In this document: piece by piece, positions 48,601 through 58,346 of the stretch | Layout: every line of letters begins with the position of its first letter | Position numbering within the stretch: position 1 is the stretch's first letter | DNA from: Polyangiaceae bacterium | GTDB lineage: Bacteria > Myxococcota_A > Polyangia > Polyangiales > Polyangiaceae | Direction of reading: 5' to 3' | Assembly: GCA_044376115.1 (NCBI GenBank) | Contig: JBILLK010000028.1 | Coordinates: forward strand, 1 to 64,000 | DNA length: 64,000 bases | Program-made: the position numbers and the translations under genes | The notes under the pieces: generated by a model | Seen by the model: the letters and a program-made list of their open reading frames with translations, nothing else | The model's database searches: none | What the model was told of the DNA's origin: nothing

Positions 48601-49347
48601 TTACTCGTCGTCGGTGTGCGGCGCTGGCGTGAGGTTGAGGCGCCTCACGATGAACGCGTGAATCGCATACACGACGGGGGTGAGGAGCACGGCGACCGCG
48701 ACCTTGATGATGTACTCGCGCAGGATCTTGGCGGCGATCCAGCCAGCGGTTTTGTCCGCCACACCGCCCCAAAAGATCGTGTTGATGACCGCCGTGTCCA
48801 CCAGCTGCGAGATCAACGTGGAGCCGGTAGCACGCAGCCACAGGTGATTGCCCTTGGTCATTCGCTTCCAAAAGTGGAAGACCTGGATATCCAGAATTTG
48901 GCCGAGCAAGTAGGCGACGATCGAGGCGATGAAGAGCTTGGAGCTACCGCCGAAGATCTTGGCGTACTCGCCTTCGAGGAAGTAGCTCTCGGGATCGGTG
49001 GGTAACGCAGTGGTGATGACCAAAGCGATGTATGCCAGCGTTGCCATGCCGGCGCCTACCCCAGTGATGAAGCGTGCGCCGCGCTTGCCGTAGAAGTCGT
49101 TGATCACGTCGGTGAGCAGAAAGGTCACCGGGAAAAGCACCATGCCCACGCTCACCGGCCCAACCGGGCTGGCGAACGCCTTACCGCCCGTTACGTCACC
49201 GAGCACGAGGCAGGTGACGAAGATCCCCGTGAGTACGACGTACAGCAGCACCTCGGTGGAAAGCACCCGATTGACGTCGGACGGCCCGACACTGCGCATC
49301 GTTCGTTCGGTGGCGCTGGGTGTGGTGGGCTTGGACGGGGATTCCAC
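48601..49347 (-). CDS. Queuosine precursor transporter (VUT/YhhQ family)
   Basis: FPVTFLLTDVINDFYG, ASIVAYLLGQILD, LWLRATGSTLISQLVDT. Confidence 0.92.
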   Translation of the reverse strand: MESPSKPTTPSATERTMRSVGPSDVNRVLSTEVLLYVVLTGIFVTCLVLGDVTGGKAFASPVGPVSVGMVLFPVTFLLTDVINDFYGKRGARFITGVGAGMATLAYIALVITTALPTDPESYFLEGEYAKIFGGSSKLFIASIVAYLLGQILDIQVFHFWKRMTKGNHLWLRATGSTLISQLVDTAVINTIFWGGVADKTAGWIAAKILREYIIKVAVAVLLTPVVYAIHAFIVRRLNLTPAPHTDDE

Positions 49348-49440
49348 CGCCCGTTTCTACCAGAGATCGTCGGAGGTGCAGCCCTAGAGGGCTGCAGTCG
49401 CAGGGTCTGGGCCTAGGAAGACATTTTGCTTACGAACGGC

Positions 49441-49470
49441 TTGACCGAGACCATGCCGTTCTGCCATGTT
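49441..49470 (+). promoter_or_regulatory. Putative sigma70-type promoter of the tRNA pair
   Basis: TTGACC-N18-CATGTT ending 7 nt before the tRNA 5' end. Confidence 0.4.
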
Positions 49471-49477
49471 GCGCGGC

Positions 49478-49567
49478 GGAGAGGTGTCCGAGTGGCCGAA
49501 GGAGCCTGATTCGAAATCAGGTGTACCCTCACGGGTACCGCGGGTTCGAATCCCGCTCTCTCCGCCA
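49478..49567 (+). tRNA. tRNA-Ser (anticodon CGA)
   Basis: GGAGAGG acceptor stem; CCTGA-TTCGAAA-TCAGG anticodon arm; long variable arm; GGTTCGAATCC; encoded CCA. Confidence 0.97.
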
Positions 49568-49667
49568 GATGTCCGAAGCAAGTAGGCGCACTCGTCAAAC
49601 GGTGCGTCGCTTCTACTTGCTGGCTGGTCGCCGTCGTGCGATTCGGGCGGTGTTACGTGCAGCACCT

Positions 49668-49754
49668 GGAGAGGTGACCGAGTGGTCGAAGGTGCATGAT
49701 TGGAAATCATGTGAACCGGCAACGGTTCCGCGGGTTCGAATCCCGCCCTCTCCG
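49668..49754 (+). tRNA. tRNA-Ser (anticodon GGA)
   Basis: CATGA-TTGGAAA-TCATG anticodon arm; long variable arm; GGTTCGAATCC; CCA not encoded. Confidence 0.96.
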
Positions 49755-49791
49755 CAAATAACCCCGGCTGAGCCAACCAAGCGGAGGCCCT

Positions 49792-50262
49792 TCAACGGAC
49801 GCGCTCGAAGGTGAGTTCACCCTTCTCCGGGTCTTCCATCACCAGGACGCCTTCCTCCAGCCGAACCTGCAGCTTCTTGTCGGCGCTGGTGATGTAGAAG
49901 CGTCCGTCGCCCAGCGACTTGATCTCGCAGGCCGCGTCGATCAGCACCGTCTCGCCGATCAAGGAGCGGAAGCGGCTGTCCTCGGTAAACTCGACGACCG
50001 AGGCCTCGGCCTCTTCATTCACCTCACGCTTGGCCTGCTCGAGTTCGGCGCCGCTGAACTTCTTGGCGAGCTCGGCGTAGATGGTTTCGCGACGAGCCTC
50101 GTTGAGAACGAAGCGATAACGACCCGTGAGCGACTCGTTGGTCTTCATGGTCGCAACCTCTTGGTCGAGCGTTTCGGGGGCTTCATGGGTGCAGCCAACG
50201 ATGAGTGCGGCGTTGAGAACGAGAACAACGTTGAGAACGAGGGCGGCGCTGAATCGGTTCAT
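49792..50262 (-). CDS. Hypothetical lipoprotein
   Basis: IVGC lipobox; AGGAG SD. Confidence 0.75.
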   Translation of the reverse strand: MNRFSAALVLNVVLVLNAALIVGCTHEAPETLDQEVATMKTNESLTGRYRFVLNEARRETIYAELAKKFSGAELEQAKREVNEEAEASVVEFTEDSRFRSLIGETVLIDAACEIKSLGDGRFYITSADKKLQVRLEEGVLVMEDPEKGELTFERVR

Positions 50263-50319
50263 GGTGGGCTCCTGGTCCTGACACCGGAAGTGGTGCTTGC
50301 TTGGACTTGTTTCGGTCTA

Positions 50320-50335
50320 AGCAGCGCGTGTGCCA
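50320..50335 (-). promoter_or_regulatory. Putative sigma54 -24/-12 promoter
   Basis: Minus strand TGGCACACGCGCTGCT (TGGCAC, GG-N10-GC). Confidence 0.65.
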
Positions 50336-50488
50336 GCGCCAAACCGCGGAGAATCAGCGCTCGTTTCGCTCATTCGCACAGCACTGGCCGGAATCACGGA
50401 CACGCCCGGCCGGCCAGCGTCCGGCGCAGCGGACAGCACCATGGGTGCTGGGAACGACTCCACGGCGGTAACAACACAACCTCTCGTA

Positions 50489-50504
50489 TGGGCCAGCTTT
50501 TGCA
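50489..50504 (+). promoter_or_regulatory. Putative sigma54 -24/-12 promoter
   Basis: TGGGCCAGCTTTTGCA (GG-N10-GC, TTGCA) 45 nt upstream of ATG 50550. Confidence 0.55.
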
Positions 50505-50549
50505 CCAGCGGCGCGGACACTAGCAACCCAACAACGAGGTCACCCAATC

Positions 50550-51245
50550 ATGCGACACAACTTACTCCCGTCTCTGATTCTCATCGCCTCCTGCATCGAC
50601 TTCAGCGCCAGCCTCGAAGACCTAGAGACCGCCTCAGCCGAACTCAACGGCAACTCGGCCATCCTTGGCCCGGGCGCGATCACCGAGTTCGCTTCCTCCA
50701 ACTCTTCGCTCAACCACAAGAACGTGGACGAGGCCGACTGCAATGGCAACGTCGACTACAACGTCGTGAGCAAAGGGGTAGGCGCCGTCGACACCTACGA
50801 GGTAGACATCTCAAACGTTCCCGTCGGCGCGATCATCCGAGAGATCCGCGTCACCCCGTGCGCCTCCCGGGATGTGGTCTTGGGCAGCACAGGGCCAACG
50901 TTTGAGGTCTTTTCCCGCTGGGACGGAATAGAGCGGCGCGTTTCCAAACCGTGGACGTTGCCGCAGCAGTCCGCGCCCGTTCCCGTCCCCCTCCAAGCCT
51001 GGGACCTGCCAGCAGCCTCGCTCAAAGAGTCCGACAGTAGGCTTGAAGTCGGCGTGCGCGTGCTTACGAATCCGCTGGATCAGGGCATGCGCTTGAGTCA
51101 GCTCGCGATCACTCTCATTTACGTAGAACCGAGCTCCGAGTTTGGTGGATTCGGCCCGGGGGAACCAAGCAACTGCGAGGACGACCGCGTTTGCGAGCCC
51201 GTCGAAGGCTGTGGTTGCCGAGATTGCAAAGGGCGTTGTTGGTAG
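50550..51245 (+). CDS. Hypothetical lipoprotein with Cys-rich tail
   Basis: GAGG SD; IASC lipobox; C-terminal CEDDRVCEPVEGCGCRDC. Confidence 0.65.
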   Translation: MRHNLLPSLILIASCIDFSASLEDLETASAELNGNSAILGPGAITEFASSNSSLNHKNVDEADCNGNVDYNVVSKGVGAVDTYEVDISNVPVGAIIREIRVTPCASRDVVLGSTGPTFEVFSRWDGIERRVSKPWTLPQQSAPVPVPLQAWDLPAASLKESDSRLEVGVRVLTNPLDQGMRLSQLAITLIYVEPSSEFGGFGPGEPSNCEDDRVCEPVEGCGCRDCKGRCW

Positions 51246-51249
51246 CTCG

Positions 51250-52920
51250 TTACGGCGTAGCCAGTGCCGCGGCCGCCTGATCGGCGACGCGCTTGGACCC
51301 ATCCTTCGACTGGATGGTGAGAGCGCGGCCCGAGGCAGGGTCTTGCAAGGTGCGCATCCCTGGCAGGTCTCGCGGGATGGTCATCGTGGGGCCGAAATGC
51401 AGCGTAAATCCTTTCGATCCTGATCCTGGGCCTGAGAAGACCAAGGTTCCGGCGCTACCGACCATGTGCTGGGTCACACAGACGTAGCCAGCGTTCTCAG
51501 CGCGACGCACCGCCTCCTCGAGCGTGAGACCGCTGGCGCTCCAGCTGGCGATCTCCGGCGCGAGGGGTTTGCAGCCCTTGGGCCCGTTCGCCAAGATTCC
51601 GGTCACCATGGTGATGATCGCGCGGTCGATGTCGTCCTCGGTTTTGACCACCGAGCTAACCACGACGACCACCTCAGGCTTCGGCTTCTTGCGCTCACTC
51701 GGCGGGCTCAACAGCGCAACCAGCGCCACCCCGATGCCAACCAGCGCAAGCGCCCCGACCGCGAGCATGCCCCAAAGCAAGCCCTTCGATTTGGCTTCAC
51801 GCGGTAGCGTCTGCGAGGCGAACTGCGCCGAGACTTGGTAGCCAGCCGGCGGGGCAGCTGGCTGCTGCAACCCAGCGGAGCTCGCCGTGTGCGCGTGGCC
51901 CGCTTGCGCGTAACTCTGCGACGAGGCTTGTGGCAGGTACTGGGAAATCTGCCGCATCGCTGTTGAGTCGAGCACCACGCCGTGTTGCGGCGTCGGCCGG
52001 ATCACGTGCGCGGTTGGTCCAGTACCGAAGCTCTCCCGACTTTCTCGCTGACCAGCCAAGCTCTGCAACATCTCGAGCGCCGACGGAAAACGCTCTTCTT
52101 TGGGCTTGGCCGTGGCCCGCATGATGGTTGGGAAGAGCGGGTTCTCACGCACGAGGGCGGCGTGTGGGACAGGCTCCGGTGCGATCTGCTTGACGGCCAC
52201 CGCCATCGCTGTTGGTCCGCTAAACACCGGCTCTCCGGCGAGCATCTCGCTCATGAGCAAGCCCACCGCATACAAATCCGCGCGGCCATCCACAGGCAGA
52301 CCATGGACCTGCTCCGGCGACATATAGGCGGCCGTCCCTAACACCGTGCCGTCTTGCGTAAGCCCTTGCTGGTTGGCCTCCTGCGGCGTGACGGCGATGC
52401 CAAAGTCGAGCAACTTGACGAAGTCGCGCTCACCGGCGAAGTCACAGAGAAAGACGTTGGGTGGCTTGATGTCGCGGTGAACGATGCCGAGCGCGTGCGC
52501 CTCGGCCAAAGCCTTCAAGACCTGACCGGCGATGTGCGCCACACGAGCCGACGACATCGGCCCAGTGCGCAAAAGCTCGTCCTCGAGCGAGCGGCCTTGC
52601 AGGTGCTCCCACACGATGAACACCTGACCGCTCTCGGTTTGGCCAAAGTCGAAAAGACGCACGATGTTGGGATGGTTCAGCCGCTGGGCCAAACGTGCTT
52701 CGCGCTCGAAGCGCTCCTTGGACCCGGGCTTCGTCATCACGCCCGGGTGCAGCATCTTCAGGGCCACCTGCCGACCGAGGTTGAGCTGTATGGCCGAAAA
52801 GACCGTGCCGTAGCCACCGGCGCCTAGCACCCCCGTGAGCTGAAAACGCCCCGCCACCGTCGTCCCCAGCGACAGTCCGGTAGGCACGTTCATCACGCGA
52901 GCGAGCTTATCACCAGACAT
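51250..52920 (-). CDS. Membrane Ser/Thr protein kinase
   Basis: LGAGGYG, VALK, HRDIKPPN, DFG, YMSPEQ; TM helix and C-terminal extracytoplasmic domain. Confidence 0.95.
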   Translation of the reverse strand: MSGDKLARVMNVPTGLSLGTTVAGRFQLTGVLGAGGYGTVFSAIQLNLGRQVALKMLHPGVMTKPGSKERFEREARLAQRLNHPNIVRLFDFGQTESGQVFIVWEHLQGRSLEDELLRTGPMSSARVAHIAGQVLKALAEAHALGIVHRDIKPPNVFLCDFAGERDFVKLLDFGIAVTPQEANQQGLTQDGTVLGTAAYMSPEQVHGLPVDGRADLYAVGLLMSEMLAGEPVFSGPTAMAVAVKQIAPEPVPHAALVRENPLFPTIMRATAKPKEERFPSALEMLQSLAGQRESRESFGTGPTAHVIRPTPQHGVVLDSTAMRQISQYLPQASSQSYAQAGHAHTASSAGLQQPAAPPAGYQVSAQFASQTLPREAKSKGLLWGMLAVGALALVGIGVALVALLSPPSERKKPKPEVVVVVSSVVKTEDDIDRAIITMVTGILANGPKGCKPLAPEIASWSASGLTLEEAVRRAENAGYVCVTQHMVGSAGTLVFSGPGSGSKGFTLHFGPTMTIPRDLPGMRTLQDPASGRALTIQSKDGSKRVADQAAAALATP

Positions 52921-52941
52921 CACCGCGGCTACGCTGCGTGC

Positions 52942-53622
52942 GTGCTCAGCCCTCGAATCGGCCTAACGCTGTTGCTCTTGCTGGCTTGTTGCAACAGCGA
53001 CCGGCCACGGAAAGCGCGCGAGGAAGATTCGAGTGAGGAGGTCGAGGAAAAACCGCGCAAGAAGCCGCGCAAAGCCGATTCGGCGAAGGGACCCGTGGTG
53101 CACTTCGACGAGCCAGCGGCGCCCACCGTCAGGCCGCAGGTGAGCTTTGAGCCTGTTGCGCCGCAGGCGCCCAAGGTGGCCCCCGAGTTCGACTTCCTCG
53201 GCGGTGCCGCGACCCGCATCGCTCCCGCGCTCGCCCAGAGGCCAGCACCGTTGCGGCTCACCGAGGTGGTCGTGCGGCAGGAGCGCGTGGACGTTGAGTA
53301 CATCGCGCCCGACGCAAAGCGCGTGTTCGCCTTCACCCTCAGCGGAGAGTCCTCACGCGAGAGCAAACCGCCGTTGATTCAGCCGAGCGAGGCCGAGCTC
53401 CCGGCGTTGGCCTTCGGTAGTTCCGACGTGGATTGGGCCAAGCTGCCGAGCCTCGCGAAGACAGCACAGGAGCGCGTACCCGAGTCCGAAGGCCTCTCGC
53501 ACGTCGTGATTCAGCGTTTCTTGCCTTTTCACAAGGACGTTCAGATTCGCGTCTTCGTCCTGCCCAAGGGCTACGCCGACTTCACTGCGCGCGGTGCGTT
53601 TCTCGCGGCCCAAGCGAAATAA
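52942..53622 (+). CDS. Hypothetical lipoprotein
   Basis: LLACC lipobox-like site. Confidence 0.6.
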   Translation: MLSPRIGLTLLLLLACCNSDRPRKAREEDSSEEVEEKPRKKPRKADSAKGPVVHFDEPAAPTVRPQVSFEPVAPQAPKVAPEFDFLGGAATRIAPALAQRPAPLRLTEVVVRQERVDVEYIAPDAKRVFAFTLSGESSRESKPPLIQPSEAELPALAFGSSDVDWAKLPSLAKTAQERVPESEGLSHVVIQRFLPFHKDVQIRVFVLPKGYADFTARGAFLAAQAK

Positions 53623-53711
53623 CGAGCCTTGCAACCAGCGCGAAGGAGCGCTCGTAGTCAAGGAGCGCCCTGTGCGTTAGGCTGAGGGCTTCGTTTCGCT
53701 GTAGGAGAAGT

Positions 53712-54506
53712 ATGGGCCAACTGAAAGCAAAGGGTGCCTGGCTTGCCGGAAGCGCGCTCCTTGCACTTGCCGCTTGCGGGGAGGATTCGTCCTCAGCCAG
53801 CAGCGGTGGGGGCAACGGAGGCAGCGGTGGTGAGGCTGGAAGCAACGGAACAGCGGGTTCCGGTAATTCGAGTAACAGCGCCGGCGGTGGTGAAGGTGGC
53901 GGCATCGTCATCCCCGAAGGCGGTGGAGGCAGCGGCGGGGGCGCGAATCTCACCTGCACGACGCCGGGAGAGCCGGGCACGATCTACGAACTGGAAGCCG
54001 AGTCGCAGAGCATCGACATCTTCGAGCCGGTACCGATGTGCATCTACCGCGACGACGTCTTACTCGTCGTCAACGTAGCGGCCTTATGAGGCTCAACGCC
54101 TCAAATGGCGGGCCTCCAGGTCTTGGAGGAAACGTTTGCGAATCAGGGTTTTCACGTTCTCGGTTTCTACAGCAACGACTTCGGCAATCAGGGTGGCACT
54201 GAAGAACAAATCGAGGGCTGCACGGGACAATACGCCGTCACCTTCGACCAGTTCGCTACTGATCACGTCATCGACACGGATGGGGCTGGTCCCATCGTGC
54301 CGCAACCCGTTTGGGAGTGGCTCTCCCAGCAGCAGCTCTACTCAGCGCCTGATTGGAACTTCCACAAGTACCTCATCTCGCGCACTGGCGAGCTCGTGGC
54401 GTACTTTCCGCGCTCGGTCTACCCCGGAGATGATCCGGCGAACCCCAACGACAGCTTCGACACCAACGCCGTCGTCGTGGCCATCCAGGCGGAGATCGCA
54501 AAGTAA
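53712..54506 (+). CDS. Selenocysteine-containing glutathione peroxidase-family lipoprotein (UGA readthrough at 54087-54089)
   Basis: The two tracked ORFs are in one frame; readthrough gives VLLVVNVAAL-U-GSTPQMAGLQ...VLGFYSNDFGNQ...WNFHKYLI; LAAC lipobox; 264 aa. Confidence 0.88.
54113..54129 (+). promoter_or_regulatory. Bacterial SECIS-like hairpin
   Basis: CCTCCA-GGTCT-TGGAGG; G-led loop 29 nt downstream of the in-frame UGA. Confidence 0.7.
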
Positions 54507-54538
54507 CCGGCGCGTGCATTGCGCTTGCGTAGCGGGGT

Positions 54539-55531
54539 GTGAGCCTGAATCATCGGCCGCACCTCGCTATGCTTTGTCTGCGTGTCCTCCGCTCACTCAC
54601 CGTCGCGGGAGCCCTGCTCGCCGCTGCACCGTGTTGGGCTGAGGAGCCTGCCAAGCCGGCCGACGCAAGTGAGCCGCAAGCGCCTCGTGTGGTGCGCATC
54701 GCTTTCACGCGAGCCGCAGCCGAGAAGCTCAATGCGCTGCGGGTGCGGCGGCTGGTCGAGCTGCAGCTCGGCAACGATCTCGAGGTCGATCCGGAGCCCT
54801 CCGGCCCACTCGACGAGAACGCCATCCGCGTCTTCATCGAGCTCGACGAGACCACGGTGCGCGTGCAAGCGCATGCGCCAGGCCGTCGCATCGAGTCGCG
54901 GCCGGTCGCCGTGGAAGGCGTCGCCTGGGAGGTCGCGACCCGCTTCGTGGCCATCACCGCTAGCGAGCTGGTGAAGAGCCTGGCCATTCCGCCGAGGAAG
55001 CCCAAGCCCGCAACGCCAAGCGCGTCGGAGCGTGCGCTCGTCGAGGCCGAGAAGCCGCGGCTCGAGGTCTCGAGTTCGTTGGAGTTCGCCTACTGGGCCG
55101 GTGAAGAGAGCGTGGCGCTCGGTTCGAGGTTGCGCGCGTCGTTCCACGAACGGCTGGTTTCTGGCTCGCTCTCGGTCGCCGCGTTCGGCTCACCCAGCAG
55201 CGCCTCGGCCTACGAGACCGAACTTGCGGTGCTGCATCAGTTTTGGCTGACGCCCGAGCTGCGCATCTCGCCGGGCCTCGGCCTGGGCTTGCTGATCATG
55301 CCGGAGACGCCACGAAAGCAGGACCTCACGCTGGGCCTGCGGGCGCATGCGCTTGGTCAGCTCGACGTACAAATCGACCCCAAAACGTGGTTTCGCTTTG
55401 GGGTCGAGCCTGGCTTCACGGTTGAACCAGCCAGCGGCGCTGTTGGCGCGTGGTTCGGTGCAAGCGCGTCCATCAGCTTTGAGGACGCGCTCTGGATCAG
55501 CCGCGGTTCTCCCGCGCAGCCTCCATCATGA
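54539..55531 (+). CDS. Hypothetical exported protein
   Basis: Signal peptide (CWA/EE); beta-rich C-terminus; start uncertain. Confidence 0.6.
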   Translation: MSLNHRPHLAMLCLRVLRSLTVAGALLAAAPCWAEEPAKPADASEPQAPRVVRIAFTRAAAEKLNALRVRRLVELQLGNDLEVDPEPSGPLDENAIRVFIELDETTVRVQAHAPGRRIESRPVAVEGVAWEVATRFVAITASELVKSLAIPPRKPKPATPSASERALVEAEKPRLEVSSSLEFAYWAGEESVALGSRLRASFHERLVSGSLSVAAFGSPSSASAYETELAVLHQFWLTPELRISPGLGLGLLIMPETPRKQDLTLGLRAHALGQLDVQIDPKTWFRFGVEPGFTVEPASGAVGAWFGASASISFEDALWISRGSPAQPPS

Positions 55532-56300
55532 GGGCGAACACACCGAGCGCGACGGCGAAGCGCGGATCCATACGGTTCTGATTCTGCGACAAGTCCAAGG
55601 TGAACTCCTTGACGAAGAAGCGGAACACCTGACGAATGGCGCCGACTTGCTGCCCTTGCAGCTCGATCTTCCAGGTGCCGAGCAGCAGCGGGATGAAGCG
55701 ACGCAATAGCGAGTTGCCCGTCTCTTCACACATACCCACGACCTGCTCGTACGGGTCCATCAGCTCGAAGGTATCGCGCAAAATGGACTTCAACGCGCGC
55801 CGACGGATCGACCCGACCATCTGACCGTTGGCAGCGTCAAACACGTCAAAGTTGATGTTCAGGCCGATCATCTGCCGGGCCTTGATCATCATCAGCGGAA
55901 CGCGCTCGCTCTCGTCGGTGTAGATGGTGAACTCTTGCTTGAGCTTGAGCAGCGGGTGCTTGACGAAGGCAACCAGCGAACCATCCGGCGCATAGACGTG
56001 GAACTTGCGCCCAAGAAAGGACCAGAACGGCCGCTTGATGGTGAGTACCGGGTGCATCGCGAGCGGCGACATCATCGCTTGCTGGCCTTGGTGCACCATG
56101 CCCTGCTGCGGGTAACCCTGCTGCTGACCTTGCTGCGGGTAACCCTGCTGCTGACCTTGCTGCGGGTAACCCTGCTGCTGACCTTGCTGCGGGTAACCCT
56201 GCTGCTGACCTTGCTGCGGGTAACCCTGCTGCTGACCTTGCTGCGGGTAACCTTGTTGACCGTATCCAGGAGGAGGGCCGTAGCCCGGGGGTCCTTGCAT
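55497..56300 (-). CDS. LURP-one/scramblase (Tubby-like) family protein with Gln/Gly/Tyr/Pro-rich N-terminus
   Basis: [16 protein letters not shown]...[12 protein letters not shown]...FDVFD...GSIRR...DPRFAVA; GGAG SD before ATG 56300. Confidence 0.7.
   Translation of the reverse strand: MQGPPGYGPPPGYGQQGYPQQGQQQGYPQQGQQQGYPQQGQQQGYPQQGQQQGYPQQGQQQGYPQQGMVHQGQQAMMSPLAMHPVLTIKRPFWSFLGRKFHVYAPDGSLVAFVKHPLLKLKQEFTIYTDESERVPLMMIKARQMIGLNINFDVFDAANGQMVGSIRRRALKSILRDTFELMDPYEQVVGMCEETGNSLLRRFIPLLLGTWKIELQGQQVGAIRQVFRFFVKEFTLDLSQNQNRMDPRFAVALGVFALMMEAARENRG
56104..56252 (-). repeat. Perfect 27-nt coding tandem repeat x5 plus partial (QQGQQQGYP)
   Basis: TGCTGCGGGTAACCCTGCTGCTGACCT repeated head to tail. 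Confidence 0.95.
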
Positions 56301-56448
56301 CTGCGTAATCTCCGCGCGCATCTGACGCTTTGAGCGCAGCGATGGCAAGCGCGATGATGCCGGCGCGCGACACAACGAGACCGGGCGATCCAGGCGCTGC
56401 ACCTACACACCCACGCGCCCGAAAGCGGTGATCGTTTTTCGTTGAAGA

Positions 56449-57003
56449 TTGTCTGTTACAATCAGGTTGGTGTTTTTCCGTGGGTTGTACGGCGGAATCC
56501 TAAGCTTGGGCTTGGTCTCCTGCGGCTTCGATTGGTCGCTCCCGAGCGGAGGCGCCGGCGGCAGCTTCACCACCTCCACCGCAGGCAGCGGCGAGGGGTC
56601 GAACGGTGGCGCTGGCCACGAGGGTGGCAGCCCGAGCGCCGGCGGGCTCGGCGGACTCGGCGGACTCAATGGCGGTGGCGGAAGCGGTGGTAACGCCAGC
56701 GGGCCGGGCGGGAGCGCGAGCGGCCCGGGAGGAGGCGGTCCAACCTGCAACGCCTGCGCGCTCGACAACATCGACGACAGCTTCTTGTGTCAGGTGGTGA
56801 AGGTCGATTGGGGCATGACGGCGAGCCAGGTCGCGGACGTCAAAGCCGCGGTCGAGTCGCCGCAGCTGGTGGAAGAGTGGGCCTCCTTCGGGGACTGCCA
56901 AGCCTTGGATGAGTTGCTCACCTGCGCGGTCTGCACCGATGGTTGCACCTCGCTTTGTGCGACGCAGTTCCCCGACCAATGCTCTGTCTCGCTTTGCCCT
57001 TGA
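56449..57003 (+). CDS. Gly-rich, Cys-rich lipoprotein
   Basis: LVSC lipobox; Gly linker; Cys-rich C-terminus; start uncertain. Confidence 0.6.
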   Translation: MSVTIRLVFFRGLYGGILSLGLVSCGFDWSLPSGGAGGSFTTSTAGSGEGSNGGAGHEGGSPSAGGLGGLGGLNGGGGSGGNASGPGGSASGPGGGGPTCNACALDNIDDSFLCQVVKVDWGMTASQVADVKAAVESPQLVEEWASFGDCQALDELLTCAVCTDGCTSLCATQFPDQCSVSLCP

Positions 57004-57008
57004 GGCCT

Positions 57009-58346
57009 ATGCGACACGACGGCCCGACAGCACCGATCGCCTCGACGAGCTCGCTCAAACGCGCGCCTATCGCGGCCTTGATTCGCGTGCTGGATGCCTC
57101 GGCGCAGCCAACCAGCTTCTTGCTACGAAGCGGGGTGTGCACCATCGGTTCGTCGCGCAGCTCCGATATCGTCGTGAGCGAGACCACGGTTTCGCGGGCG
57201 CACGTTGAGCTGGAGTTGGACGCCGAAGGCGTCGCCGTGCGCGATCTAGGAAGCCGCAACGGCACGTTCTACCTGGGCCAACGCATCGAGCGCGCGGTGC
57301 TCAGCTTTGGTGCGCGAATTCGGGTTGGAGCGGTCACCGTGGCGATCGAAGCCGACGCCGATGCGCTCAACGTGCTCTTGCCCAAAGAGACGCCCGACTA
57401 CGGCAACTTGGTCGGCGGCTCGTTGGTCATGCGCCGGCTGTTCGCGATGTTGATGCGCCTCGAGGGCTCGCTGGCAACGGTGCTGATCCAAGGAGAAAGC
57501 GGTTGCGGCAAAGAGTTGGTTGCCCAGGCCCTGCACGATCAAAGCAAGGTGAACCAAGGCGCTTTCGTGGCCCTCAATTGTGGCGCCCTTCCGCGCGAGA
57601 CTCTGGCCAGCGAGCTATTCGGTCATCGCAAAGGCGCCTTCACCGGGGCGCTCGAGTCGCGTCGCGGAGCCTTTGAGAGCGCCGACGGCGGGACGCTCTT
57701 CCTCGATGAAATTGGCGAGCTTCCCCTGGAGATCCAGCCGCATTTGTTGCGGGCGATCGAGCTCGGGGAGATTCGGCCGTTGGGGGAGGACAAGCCGAAG
57801 CGAGTGAAGGTGCGGCTGATCGCTGCCACCAACCGCGAGCTCGAGGCGGAGGTGAAGGCCGGTCGCTTCCGACAGGACCTGTTCTTCCGGTTGGCCGTGG
57901 TGCGCCTCTCGGTGCCAGCGCTGCGCGAACGACGCGAGGACATCGAGGCGTTGGCGCAGGGGTTCGCCGCCAAGGCGGGAGCAGGACTGCTACCGACCGA
58001 TCTGATCGAATCACTCAAGGCGCGCGACTTCCCGGGCAACGTCCGCGAGCTCAAGAACGTGATCGAGTCGTACGCGGCGCTTGGCTTCGTCACTCACGCA
58101 AGTGCGAGCCCCGCCACCGACTCGCTCGAAGCGAGCTTCAGACAGCTCGTTGATTTGAGCCGGCCCTACGCCGAACAAAAAGAAGAAGTGCTCGAGCGCT
58201 TCACGGCCGTGTATCTGCACGCCTTGCTCGCCAGCACCGGCGGCAATCAAAGTGAGGCCGCGAAGATCTCCGGGCTGAATCGCGGCTACATCGGTCGCTT
58301 GCTGGCAAAGCACGGTCAACGTGGTCGCGGCGAGGGGGCTTCCTAG
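57009..58346 (+). CDS. FHA-domain sigma54-dependent enhancer-binding protein
   Basis: FHA (VSRAH, DLGSRNGT); GESGCGKE, GAFTGA, LFLDEIGEL, FPGNVREL; C-terminal HTH. Confidence 0.96.
   Translation: MRHDGPTAPIASTSSLKRAPIAALIRVLDASAQPTSFLLRSGVCTIGSSRSSDIVVSETTVSRAHVELELDAEGVAVRDLGSRNGTFYLGQRIERAVLSFGARIRVGAVTVAIEADADALNVLLPKETPDYGNLVGGSLVMRRLFAMLMRLEGSLATVLIQGESGCGKELVAQALHDQSKVNQGAFVALNCGALPRETLASELFGHRKGAFTGALESRRGAFESADGGTLFLDEIGELPLEIQPHLLRAIELGEIRPLGEDKPKRVKVRLIAATNRELEAEVKAGRFRQDLFFRLAVVRLSVPALRERREDIEALAQGFAAKAGAGLLPTDLIESLKARDFPGNVRELKNVIESYAALGFVTHASASPATDSLEASFRQLVDLSRPYAEQKEEVLERFTAVYLHALLASTGGNQSEAAKISGLNRGYIGRLLAKHGQRGRGEGAS

Noticed and set aside
49478..49754. tRNA-Sec (selC) serving the nearby selenoprotein
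   Set aside because: Anticodons are CGA and GGA with ordinary 7-bp acceptor stems; both are tRNA-Ser.
49668..51245. Genomic island integrated at tRNA-Ser
   Set aside because: No integrase and no duplicated tRNA 3' end seen.
56104..56252. CRISPR-like repeat
   Set aside because: Head-to-tail units without spacers, in frame within a CDS.
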